From Alphaproteobacteria bacterium (GTDB taxonomy: Bacteria; Pseudomonadota; Alphaproteobacteria; UBA828), in contig CAXXMU010000006.1 in the NCBI GenBank assembly GCA_963667785.2, positions 608,001 through 672,000 on the forward strand: DNA of 64,000 nucleotides, written 5' to 3'. Both the position numbers and the translations under genes were made by a program. Within the stretch, counting starts at the first letter, position 1, and each line of letters begins with the position of its first letter. Shown here one piece after another: positions 48,241 through 56,766 of this stretch. Under the pieces are notes generated by a model that worked only from the letters and a program-made list of their open reading frames with translations, did not search any database and was not told the origin of the DNA.

Positions 48241-50652
48241 TCAGGAGGCCGCCGCCTCGTCGCCGCGCGCCGCCCGGATCAGCCGCCAGAGCGAATTCGG
48301 CCTGAGCGGAAGCTCCGTGATCTCGACGCCGAAGGGCTCGAGCGCGTCGCAGACGGCGTTGCAGAGCGTGCCCGGCACGTCCGACGGGCGGCCCTCGCCG
48401 ATGCCGCGGCTGCCGAGCGGCGTGTAGGGGCACGGCGTCGGCGCATGGGTGACCGTGATGTCCGGCACGTCCGCCGCCGTCGCGAGCTTGTAGTTCTCGA
48501 AATCGGCGGTGAGCTGCTGGCCGTTCTCGTCGTAGACGAACTCCTCGAACATGGTGTTGGAGAGCCCCTGGACGATGGCGCCCTGCATCTGCCCTTCGAC
48601 GATCTGCGGGTTGATGATCTGGCCCACGTCCTCGGAGGTGGTCCAGCTCAGGATCTCGAACTGGCCGGTCTCGATATCGACCTCGACGGTACAGACGTCG
48701 GCGTTGAAGGCGATCATGGGCTTTTCCGCCTCGAAGAAGGCGGTGTGCTCGAGGCCGCCGGACTCGCCCTCGGGCAGGTTGATCGGCGCCATGATGATGC
48801 GCTCCACCGCCTCGCGGAACGTCTTCTTGATGTTGGCGTCCTTCGTGTAGGTGACGAAGCCGTCCCTGAACTCGAAGTCGGCCGGCGAGGCGTCGGCAAG
48901 CGCCAGGTCGTGGGCCATGATGCGCGCGATCTTCTCCTTGAGGAAGTCGCAGGCCTGGACCGCGGCGCTGACGAAGTAGGAGCCGGCGCGGGCGCCGACG
49001 GTGCCGGAGCCGAAGGGCGTGGTCCCGGTGTCCCCGGTGGTCACAACCACGTCGTTGGGATGGATGCCGAAGCTCTGGGCGACGGCCTGGGCGACGGTGG
49101 TCTCGTGCCCCTGCCCGCCGGGCGCATCGCCCTCGAAGACCAGCACCTTGCCGCGCGGGTCGAGCCGCACCGTGGCGGCGCCGTAGCCCGGCTGGTTCTC
49201 CATCGGCACGAAGAGCTCCGACGCCACGCCCGAGAGCTCGACGCCGAGGCCGAAGCCGATGCCGAGATAGCGGCCCGCCGCCCGCGCCTCGGCCTGGCGG
49301 GCGCGGAAGCCCGGCAGGTCGGCGTGCGCCATCAGGTTGTCCCACACCTTGATGAAGTCGCCGCTGTCGAAATACTCGTTCGTGATCGAGGTGTAGGGCA
49401 GCGTGGCGACCAGGTTCTTGCGGCGCACGTCCGCCGGCTCCATGCCGCAGCGCCTGGCCACCATGTCGATGGCGCGCTCCATGGCGAAGCGGGTCGGCAG
49501 CTCGCCGAAGGCGCGGGCCGGCGAGAGCGCGGACTTGTTGGTGACGGCGACCTTCACCTTGATGTCGCCGATCGGCCAGTCATAGGCGTTGGGGAGCTCG
49601 ACCGAGCCGAGGAAGGGCATGAGGAAGCCCCAGTAGACCCCCTCGCAGCCGTCGCCGCAGTCGGCGAGGCCGCGGTTGCGGATGGCGAGCAGGGTGCCGT
49701 CCTTCGCCGCCGCGACCTCGAGATCGTGAATCTGGTCGCGCTCCTGGCTCACCGCCATCAGATGCTCCTGGCGGGTCTCCACCCAGCGCACCGGGCGGCC
49801 GAGGGTCCTGGCCATGTGGGCCACCAGCATCGGCTCGCGGTAGAACGGCGCCTTGACGCCGAAGCCGCCGCCCTGGTCGCGCGGCGCGATGATGCGCATC
49901 TTCTCCGCCGGGATGTCGAGGATGTCCGACAGCGCGAGGCGATCGATATGCGGGCGCTGGGTGGTGAGCCAGCCGGTCATACCGTCGGACTCGTCCCAGT
50001 CGAAGAGCGCGCCGCGGGTCTCCATGGGCGCGACGCCGCAGCGGTGGCAGGTGAAGCGCTCCTTGATCACGATATCGGCGCCGTCGAACACCTCCTGCAC
50101 CTTGGCCTCGTGCGCGGCCTGGGCGTCGGCGTCGGCGCCGCCGGTGAAGTCCATCTCGAAGATGACGTTGTTCTCCCAGTCCTCGTGGACCAGGGTCGCG
50201 CCGTCGGCGAGCGCGCTCTCGGGATCGCCGACATAGGGAAGCGGGTCGTAGCCCACCTCGATCGCCTCGGCCGCGTCCGCGGCGACATAGGGATCGCGCG
50301 CGACCACCGCCGCCACCGGCTCGCCGTGCCACTTCACCTTGCCGACCGCGAGCGGCCAGTGCCTGGGATAGACGGCGGGCAGCGCCGGCTGTACGACCGG
50401 CTGCGGCATGGGCAGGATTACGTCCTTGATGTCGTCGCCGGTGACGACGGCGACGACGCCGGGCATCGCCTTGGCCGCGCTCACGTCGACGCCCGTGATC
50501 CGGGCATGGGCATGATCGCTGCGCTTGAAGACGATGTGCAGCATGCCCGGCCGCACGATGTCGGCGAAGAACCGGCCCCGCCCGGTGGTAAGCCGATGGT
50601 CTTCCTTGCGGTGGAAGTGGCTGCCGACCCAGCCCTGGCTCGTCCCGGTCAT
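48241..50652 (-). CDS. Xanthine oxidase-family molybdopterin large subunit (CoxL-like, not CODH)
   Basis: RKEDHRL, GGGFGVK, GQGHET, INPQIVEGQ, RGIGEG; loop PARAFG instead of AYxCSFR. Confidence 0.92.
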   Translation of the reverse strand: MTGTSQGWVGSHFHRKEDHRLTTGRGRFFADIVRPGMLHIVFKRSDHAHARITGVDVSAAKAMPGVVAVVTGDDIKDVILPMPQPVVQPALPAVYPRHWPLAVGKVKWHGEPVAAVVARDPYVAADAAEAIEVGYDPLPYVGDPESALADGATLVHEDWENNVIFEMDFTGGADADAQAAHEAKVQEVFDGADIVIKERFTCHRCGVAPMETRGALFDWDESDGMTGWLTTQRPHIDRLALSDILDIPAEKMRIIAPRDQGGGFGVKAPFYREPMLVAHMARTLGRPVRWVETRQEHLMAVSQERDQIHDLEVAAAKDGTLLAIRNRGLADCGDGCEGVYWGFLMPFLGSVELPNAYDWPIGDIKVKVAVTNKSALSPARAFGELPTRFAMERAIDMVARRCGMEPADVRRKNLVATLPYTSITNEYFDSGDFIKVWDNLMAHADLPGFRARQAEARAAGRYLGIGFGLGVELSGVASELFVPMENQPGYGAATVRLDPRGKVLVFEGDAPGGQGHETTVAQAVAQSFGIHPNDVVVTTGDTGTTPFGSGTVGARAGSYFVSAAVQACDFLKEKIARIMAHDLALADASPADFEFRDGFVTYTKDANIKKTFREAVERIIMAPINLPEGESGGLEHTAFFEAEKPMIAFNADVCTVEVDIETGQFEILSWTTSEDVGQIINPQIVEGQMQGAIVQGLSNTMFEEFVYDENGQQLTADFENYKLATAADVPDITVTHAPTPCPYTPLGSRGIGEGRPSDVPGTLCNAVCDALEPFGVEITELPLRPNSLWRLIRAARGDEAAAS

Positions 50653-50666
50653 CGGCTTCGCCTCCC

Positions 50667-51140
50667 TCACGTGGTCTCTTTCGCGGCGCTGCGCACCGCT
50701 TCGACGATGTGCGCGTACCCCGTGCAGCGGCAGAGATTGCCCACCAGCCCGTGGCGGATCTCGTCGTCGCTGGGGTCCGGGTTCTCGCGCAGAAACTCGT
50801 CCATGTTCATCAGGATGCCCGGCGTGCAGTAGCCGCACTGCAGGGCGTGATGCTCGTTGAAGGCCCGCTGCAGGGGCGAGAGCGTGCTGCCGTCGGCCAG
50901 ACCCTCGACGGTGGTGATCTCGTGCCCGTCGGCCTGGGCGGCCACCATCAGGCAGGACTTCACCGCCTCGCCGTCGAGCTGGACCGTGCAGGCGCCGCAG
51001 ACGCCCTCGTAGGTGCAGCCGATGTGGGTGCCGGTGAGGCCCGCGCGCTCGCGGATGAAATCGACCAGCAGCATGCGGACCGGCACCGTCTCCTCGAAGG
51101 TCTCGCCGTTGATCGTCACCGTGACTGCCGTGGTGCTCAT
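50667..51140 (-). CDS. [2Fe-2S] small subunit (CoxS-like)
   Basis: GCTYEGVCGAC, QCGYCTPG, GNLCRCTGY. Confidence 0.95.
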   Translation of the reverse strand: MSTTAVTVTINGETFEETVPVRMLLVDFIRERAGLTGTHIGCTYEGVCGACTVQLDGEAVKSCLMVAAQADGHEITTVEGLADGSTLSPLQRAFNEHHALQCGYCTPGILMNMDEFLRENPDPSDDEIRHGLVGNLCRCTGYAHIVEAVRSAAKETT

Positions 51141-52030
51141 TGCCCGGCCTCCCCTCCCGTCGCCCGCGCGAAGGCGCTGCCGGCCACCTCGGCACCGAGC
51201 GAGCGGATGAGCTGCTTGCGATAGTCGCTGTCGGCCCAGAGATCATGCTGGGTCTCGATCTCGGCAGCGGCCGCCTCCATCGCCGCCCCGATGGCGGCCG
51301 CATCGCCGGCAGCGGTGCCAGCCAGCGCCGCCTCGGCCGCGCTCGCGCGCTGCGGACCGGTGGCGAGCCCGCCGACCGCCACCCGCGCTGCGGCGCAGCG
51401 GCCGTCCGCCACCGCGAGCGAGACGCAGACGCCGATCACCGGCAGCGCGTCGGTCACCAGACCCCACTTCTTGTAGGCGGAGCCGGCGTTCCCCGCGGCC
51501 GCCGGGATCGTGATGGCGGTGAGGATCTCGTTCTCCTCCCGCGCCGTCTCCAGCGGGCCGCCGAGGAACTCTTCCGCCGCGAGGCTGCGCGTGCTGCCAT
51601 CCGCCGCGGTCAGCTCCAGCGTGGCGCCGAGGCCGATCGCGACCGGCGGCATGCAGGCGGCGACATAGTTCCAGCAGAGGCTGCCGCCGATGGTGCCCCG
51701 GTTGCGGACCTGGCGGTCGCCGACGTGGCTCGCCGCGTCGCCGAGCGCGCCGTAGGCGCCGCCGAGCCCCCCGTGGCCGGCGATCTCGACGTAGCGGGTC
51801 ATGGGCCCGATACGCAGACCGTCCGCGCCCGCGTCGATGCCCGAGAGGCCGTCCACCGCCTGCAAGTCGATCAGGCAGCGCGGACGCACGAGCCGCGCCT
51901 TGACCGCCTGCATGAGGCTCTGGCCGCCGGCCACGAACACCGCGTCGCCTTCGTCGTAGCGGCCCAGCGCGGCCAGCGCGTCGGAGACCGTCGCCGGCCG
52001 CACATATTCGTCGATCGGTGCTGGATACAT
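51137..52030 (-). CDS. FAD-binding medium subunit (CoxM-like)
   Basis: AGGQSL, QVRNRGTIGGS. Confidence 0.93.
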   Translation of the reverse strand: MYPAPIDEYVRPATVSDALAALGRYDEGDAVFVAGGQSLMQAVKARLVRPRCLIDLQAVDGLSGIDAGADGLRIGPMTRYVEIAGHGGLGGAYGALGDAASHVGDRQVRNRGTIGGSLCWNYVAACMPPVAIGLGATLELTAADGSTRSLAAEEFLGGPLETAREENEILTAITIPAAAGNAGSAYKKWGLVTDALPVIGVCVSLAVADGRCAAARVAVGGLATGPQRASAAEAALAGTAAGDAAAIGAAMEAAAAEIETQHDLWADSDYRKQLIRSLGAEVAGSAFARATGGEAGQ

Positions 52031-52109
52031 GCTGGCTGCTCTCCGTCTATGGCGGACCGGGCATTATAGGTGCGGCCGCCGCCGCCGTGCACGGGTGTTT
52101 GGCGGAGGG

Positions 52110-52298
52110 TCAGTCTGGGACTGGCACGTCGAGATCCTTGCAGATCTTGCGGGCCAGACGGTCGTCGATCTCCGCGTGTCGTGGAACGGCCGAACGCCTG
52201 TTCGACGAGGGGTTATGCCACCAGGAGTGCCTCGCTCCCTCACGCAGCAACGCGCAGCCGTTCTTGCGCAAGTGCCGCAGGAGTTTCCGCCGCTTCAT
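52110..52298 (-). CDS. hicA: HicA family toxin
   Basis: MKRRKLLRHL..REGARHS..VPRHAEI..ICKDL. Confidence 0.88.
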   Translation of the reverse strand: MKRRKLLRHLRKNGCALLREGARHSWWHNPSSNRRSAVPRHAEIDDRLARKICKDLDVPVPD

Positions 52299-52507
52299 AC
52301 GACGACGGTAGCTTCTTCATAGTCCTTCCCGGCGGCCTCCAGGGCTTCGCGACGATTCATTTCGAGCGCTTCCCGCAATGTCACTCGGAGCGTTTCCAAC
52401 AGCTTCTCCTTCGTGCGCTCCTGGCAATTGACGCCCGGAATCTCCTCGATCCAGCCAATCCACCAGGGGCCGGATTGCTTCACCACAGCCGTGAACCCTT
52501 CCTGCAT
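52295..52507 (-). CDS. hicB: Short HicB family antitoxin
   Basis: WIGWIEEIPGVNCQERT..LLETL; ATGA overlap with hicA. Confidence 0.85.
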   Translation of the reverse strand: MQEGFTAVVKQSGPWWIGWIEEIPGVNCQERTKEKLLETLRVTLREALEMNRREALEAAGKDYEEATVVV

Positions 52508-52573
52508 GATGATCCGCTCCCATTCACGGCGCCTTCGGACCCGATCGCTTGCAGCGCGCAGGCGCCGAGTGCC

Positions 52574-53101
52574 CTAGCGCACGAAGTTCTGGACGTAGTC
52601 GGCGCCGAGGCCGACCTCCTCGTAGTGCTGCCTGGCGCGGTCGAGGCGGTGGAAGACATCCTCGGCGCGGACGTCGCGGCCCTCCTCGTCCACATAGTTG
52701 ACCGAGCCCGAGATCGCGAAGAAGCAGTGCATCTCGGGGCACCCCTCGTCGACCACGAGGGTGTGGACCTCGCCCGGCGGCTCGTAGATGTAGGTGCCCT
52801 CGTCCGCGATCCAGTCATGCTCGAGATAGCGGAAGGCGCCCTTCAGCACGAGACCGTGAACCGGCGCCGGATGCCGGTGGCGCGAGACGAAGCCGCCGCC
52901 CGTGACCTTCACCACCTCGCACCAGCCGCCCTGCACCGTGTTGTACATCAGCGGGCGCAGCCAGACGCCCTCCTTCAGCGGCACCCAGACCCGCTCGTCC
53001 TCCGGTGCGGTCGGGAGCACGATATCGGGCGGCGAAAAGGGATGGGCGCTCGGCGCATTGATGCGGGCGACGGGGGCGGCGTGGCTGGCGGCTCGGCTCA
53101 T
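52574..53101 (-). CDS. Cupin, 2,4'-dihydroxyacetophenone dioxygenase / ChrR-like family
   Basis: RHRHPAPVHG.VLKG.FRYLEHDW, YEPPGEVHTL; GGAG RBS. Confidence 0.85.
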   Translation of the reverse strand: MSRAASHAAPVARINAPSAHPFSPPDIVLPTAPEDERVWVPLKEGVWLRPLMYNTVQGGWCEVVKVTGGGFVSRHRHPAPVHGLVLKGAFRYLEHDWIADEGTYIYEPPGEVHTLVVDEGCPEMHCFFAISGSVNYVDEEGRDVRAEDVFHRLDRARQHYEEVGLGADYVQNFVR

Positions 53102-53302
53102 GGGGGAACTCTCCTCGCACGGGCGCGCCGGGCGCGGCGCGCGGCCCGAGCCTAGCCGAACGGCGGGCCGGCGCAAGCTGCACGCGGGGCGCGGAGCCGG
53201 GCCGCGCTCGCGAGGGGCGGCCGATTGCGCTACCGTGCGCCGGACCCGCTGCGCCGCCCGACCGCCGCGCGGGCCCGGCCCCCGGCAAGGAACCTGCCAC
53301 CC

Positions 53303-54049
53303 ATGCCTTCCCCGAACGAGTGCGACTCCCCAGGCCCTGCGGGACAGGCGGGCGAGGGCCGGCAGGCCGCAGACCGGAGCCTCAACGACATCGCCTACGA
53401 CGCGATCAAGGACGACATCATCTCGTGCGCCCTGCAGCCCGGCGAGGACGTCTCCGAGGGCCTGCTGGTAGCCCGCTATCGCATGGGCAAGGCGCCCATA
53501 CGCAGCGCCCTGATGCGCCTGCGCCAGGAAGGGCTGATCGTCTCGCGCGGGCGCCAGGGGAACGCGGTCTCCCCGGTCACGCTGCGCGACGTTCAGGAGA
53601 TCTTCCAGCTCCGTCTCGTGCTCGAGGTCACCGCCGTCAGGCTCGCGGCGGGCAAGGTCGATGCGGCGCGGCTGCGCGCGCTGAACGAGGCCGCCCACGC
53701 CACCCATGCGGCCGGCGACAGCGCCGGCGAGGCCGCCTATCTCAGGGCCAACCGCGCCTTCCACCGCTACGTCGCGGAATGCGCCGGCAATCAGCGCCTG
53801 GTCGCGCTCGTCGTCTCCCTCATGGAGCAGCACGAGCGCATCGTTCACCTTGGCCTCGCCCTGCAGCGGCGCGAGCGCGAGTTCCACCACTTCCACGACG
53901 AGCTGGTTACCGCGCTGATCGAGGGCGACGGCGAGCGCGCCGCGCAGTTGACCGAGGCGGCGCTGCGCGGCGGCCAGAAGAAGGTGATGGAGGTGCTCAC
54001 CGCATCGGCCGCCGAGGTGGCGCCGGGGACGCTGGACGTCAGCCTCTAG
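53303..54049 (+). CDS. GntR family (FCD) transcriptional regulator
   Basis: AYDAIKDDI..LQPG..PIRSALMRL wHTH; NRAFH..GN FCD domain. Confidence 0.9.
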   Translation: MPSPNECDSPGPAGQAGEGRQAADRSLNDIAYDAIKDDIISCALQPGEDVSEGLLVARYRMGKAPIRSALMRLRQEGLIVSRGRQGNAVSPVTLRDVQEIFQLRLVLEVTAVRLAAGKVDAARLRALNEAAHATHAAGDSAGEAAYLRANRAFHRYVAECAGNQRLVALVVSLMEQHERIVHLGLALQRREREFHHFHDELVTALIEGDGERAAQLTEAALRGGQKKVMEVLTASAAEVAPGTLDVSL

Positions 54050-54133
54050 CCCGGGGGCCCGGCCCGCCTCGCAGCACAGCCGGCCGGCCCCGGCCACCGC
54101 CGCCGGAAAGCACGGCCGACGCCCGCAGGCGTA

Positions 54134-54162
54134 TTGACATGTCAGACGACATGTCATAAGTC
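54134..54162 (+). promoter_or_regulatory. Sigma70-like promoter overlapping a tandem GACATGTCA palindromic operator
   Basis: TTGACA, 17 nt, TAAGTC; TGACATGTCA-GAC-GACATGTCA covers the spacer. Confidence 0.6.
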
Positions 54163-54168
54163 TCTGCC

Positions 54169-55143
54169 ATGGCGACCATGGTGCGGCTAGCAGTGCTGGC
54201 TGCCGCCCTGATCCTGGCCCTGTGGCCGGTGGCGGCGCAGGCGGGCGCGGCCGGGGCGGCGCACGTCGAGGACGAAGCCGGCCTGTTCGCGACGTTGACC
54301 GAGGTGCTGACGGACTTTCAGCACCGCGCCAACGCCGAGGTCTCCTTCCACATGAACGCGATCGAGCGGGGCGAGAACCTCGGCGCCTTCCTGCTCGCGC
54401 TCGCGATCGCCTTCGCCTACGGCGCCGTCCATGCGCTCGGCCCCGGGCACGGGAAGTTCGTCATCGTGTCCTATTTCCTCGGGCGCGAGGCGCGGGTGAT
54501 GCGCGGCGTCGTGCTCGCGATCCAGATCGCCATCGTCCACGTCATCGCCGCCGTCGTCATCGTCTGGCTGGCCGATGCCGTGCTGAGAGGCGGTTTCGGG
54601 CTCGGGCTCTCGGAGATTCCGGGCGTGCGCGCCGCGAGCTTCCTCATCATCGTCGGCATCGGCCTCTACATGCTTTACCGGGCCGTGCGCGCGACGCTGC
54701 GCGCGCGCAGCCGCGGGGCGGGCGGCCACCACCACCATCACCATCACGACCATCATCATGACCATCACCACGGCCACGGTCACGATCATGGCCACGGTCA
54801 CAGTCACGGCGGCAAGGCGGAGGGCGGCTTCCTCGCGCTGGCTGCCGGCATGGTCCCCTGCCCGGGCGCCGTGCTGATCATGCTCTACGCGGTGGGCAAC
54901 GACATGATCGTTCCGGGATCCCTGCTCGTGGCCTCGATGTCGCTCGGCATCGGTGCGTCCATCTGCGTGCTCGGCGTCGGCGCGATCCTCGCGCGGCAGG
55001 CGGCCATGCGGGTCATGGAGCGTTCCGGCGGTGGCGGGCGGGTCGAGACGCTCCGCCACGGGCTGAACTACGCCGGCGCCGCCCTGGTGACCCTCATCGG
55101 GCTGGTCTCCTTCGTCGCCTATCTCGACGCGCCGCTCGGCTGA
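54169..55143 (+). CDS. RcnA/NicO-family His-rich Ni/Co transporter
   Basis: HALGPGHGK, long His tract, GMVPCPGA. Confidence 0.88.
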   Translation: MATMVRLAVLAAALILALWPVAAQAGAAGAAHVEDEAGLFATLTEVLTDFQHRANAEVSFHMNAIERGENLGAFLLALAIAFAYGAVHALGPGHGKFVIVSYFLGREARVMRGVVLAIQIAIVHVIAAVVIVWLADAVLRGGFGLGLSEIPGVRAASFLIIVGIGLYMLYRAVRATLRARSRGAGGHHHHHHHDHHHDHHHGHGHDHGHGHSHGGKAEGGFLALAAGMVPCPGAVLIMLYAVGNDMIVPGSLLVASMSLGIGASICVLGVGAILARQAAMRVMERSGGGGRVETLRHGLNYAGAALVTLIGLVSFVAYLDAPLG

Positions 55144-55232
55144 CGAGCCCGAGACGTGACGGGCGGCACGCTCACATCACCCGACGGCAAGGCCGCATCC
55201 GCCCTGCGTACCGCTTGCAATACGCCAGGAAC

Positions 55233-55253
55233 AAATGCAACATTATTACATTA
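55233..55253. promoter_or_regulatory. Zur-box-like operator
   Basis: AATGCAACATTATTACATT imperfect AT-rich palindrome immediately upstream of znuA. Confidence 0.7.
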
Positions 55254-55290
55254 TTGCTCGAATAGCCGCCCGACATGGGGAGACAGGATC

Positions 55291-56316
55291 ATGGATCGCC
55301 CGGCGAAGGAAGCACGACGCGTTGCCCTGTCACTCGCCGCGGCGGCTCTCCTCGGCTGTGCGGTCGCGGCACCGGCTGCGGCCGACGACGACGGATTGCG
55401 GGTCGTCGCCTCGATCAAGCCGGTGCATTCGCTGGTGAGCGCGGTGATGGCGGGCGTGGGCGAGCCGCACCTGATCATCCGGGGCACCTCGTCGCCGCAC
55501 ACCTTCACCATGCGCCCCTCCGACGCGGCGGCGCTCGAGGATGCGGACATCGTCTTCCTGATCGGCGACACGATGGAGACCGCGCTCGCCGGGCCGGTCG
55601 ATACGCTGGCGCAGCACGCGCGCGTGGTCAGGCTGTTCGACGCCCCCGGCCTGGTCAAGAAGCCGCTCCGCGAGGGCGGCGCCTTCGAGGAGCACGATCA
55701 CGACAGCCACGGGCACCAGGGGCAGGACGACCATGGTCACGGGCACGACGATGACGACGACCATGCCGACGAGCACGAAGACGACGGGCCGTTCGACATG
55801 CACGTCTGGCTCGATCCCATCAACGGCTGGACCATGGCGCGCGCGATCGCGGCCACACTGGCCGAGGTCGACCCCGCCAACGCCGCGACCTACGAGGCGA
55901 ACGTCGATGCGCTGCTGCACCGCCTGGACCATCTGACCGGGGAGGTCGCAGCCCAGGTGGCGCCGGTGCGGGGCGTGCCGTTCATCGTCTTCCACGACGG
56001 CTACCGCTACTTCGAGGACCGCTTCGGGCTCGCGACTGCCGGCTCCGTCGTGGTGAGCCCCGAACGCCCGCCCGGCGCCCGCCGCATCGCCGAGCTCCGC
56101 GACAAGCTGCACACGCTCGGCGTGGTCTGCGTGTTCGACGAGCCGCAGTTCGACCGGCGCCTGGTGCGGACCGTCATCGAAGGCAGCGACATCCGGTCCA
56201 GCACCGTCGACCCCCTGGGCGCCGACATCGAGGACGGGCCGGCGCTCTACGAGACGCTGCTGCGCACCATGGCCGCGTCGTTCGCGGGGTGCCTCGCGCC
56301 CGACGCCGAGGGATAG
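55291..56316 (+). CDS. znuA: Zinc ABC transporter substrate-binding protein
   Basis: VVASIKPVHSL, SPHTF.MRPSD, His/Asp loop, DMHVWLDP, FHDGY.YFE, VFDEPQF. Confidence 0.92.
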   Translation: MDRPAKEARRVALSLAAAALLGCAVAAPAAADDDGLRVVASIKPVHSLVSAVMAGVGEPHLIIRGTSSPHTFTMRPSDAAALEDADIVFLIGDTMETALAGPVDTLAQHARVVRLFDAPGLVKKPLREGGAFEEHDHDSHGHQGQDDHGHGHDDDDDHADEHEDDGPFDMHVWLDPINGWTMARAIAATLAEVDPANAATYEANVDALLHRLDHLTGEVAAQVAPVRGVPFIVFHDGYRYFEDRFGLATAGSVVVSPERPPGARRIAELRDKLHTLGVVCVFDEPQFDRRLVRTVIEGSDIRSSTVDPLGADIEDGPALYETLLRTMAASFAGCLAPDAEG

Positions 56317-56766
56317 CGGAGCCGCGCACGGGCGGCCTTCGTCACGGCGCGCCGGCCACCTGACGAAAGGGGACCACATAGGCGAGTTGACGCCGCTCCG
56401 CTTGGGTCGATCGAACGTCTCGGTGGTGCGTAACCATCCGTCGCAGGCCGTGCCCGTTCGGCTTCAGCGTTTCGACAGGCACCGCGATCCCCCGCGCAGG
56501 CTCGCCCGGATCGGCGGTCGAAATCCATCAACTGATGTGATTACACCACCCAAGTACTGCGAGCGCGCTCATAAGGCCGAAAGCGATTGTCGCCGGCGAG
56601 GCCGCTCGTCCGGCTCGCAGCGAAGTCCGCTGCAGCAGACGGAACCGCCAGATGCCATCCGCGTCCGGGTTCCACATTGATCGCCCGCGCCCTCGCGCAT
56701 CCCGGCCGAAATCCAGCTGCCCCGTTGACATGCATATGCCACGCCCAGGCTTCAGGAATTGTGTCG

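Noticed and set aside
48241-52030. Aerobic CO dehydrogenase (coxMSL order)
   Set aside because: Active-site loop lacks AYxCSFR/AYxGAGR and no coxDEFG accessory genes are nearby
54727-54810. CAC/CAT microsatellite
   Set aside because: Encodes the His tract of the RcnA-like transporter
56337-56372. CTGACGA..AAG as a hammerhead ribozyme core
   Set aside because: Explained by a simple CCTTCGTCA/TGACGAAAGG hairpin after znuA; no three-helix junction
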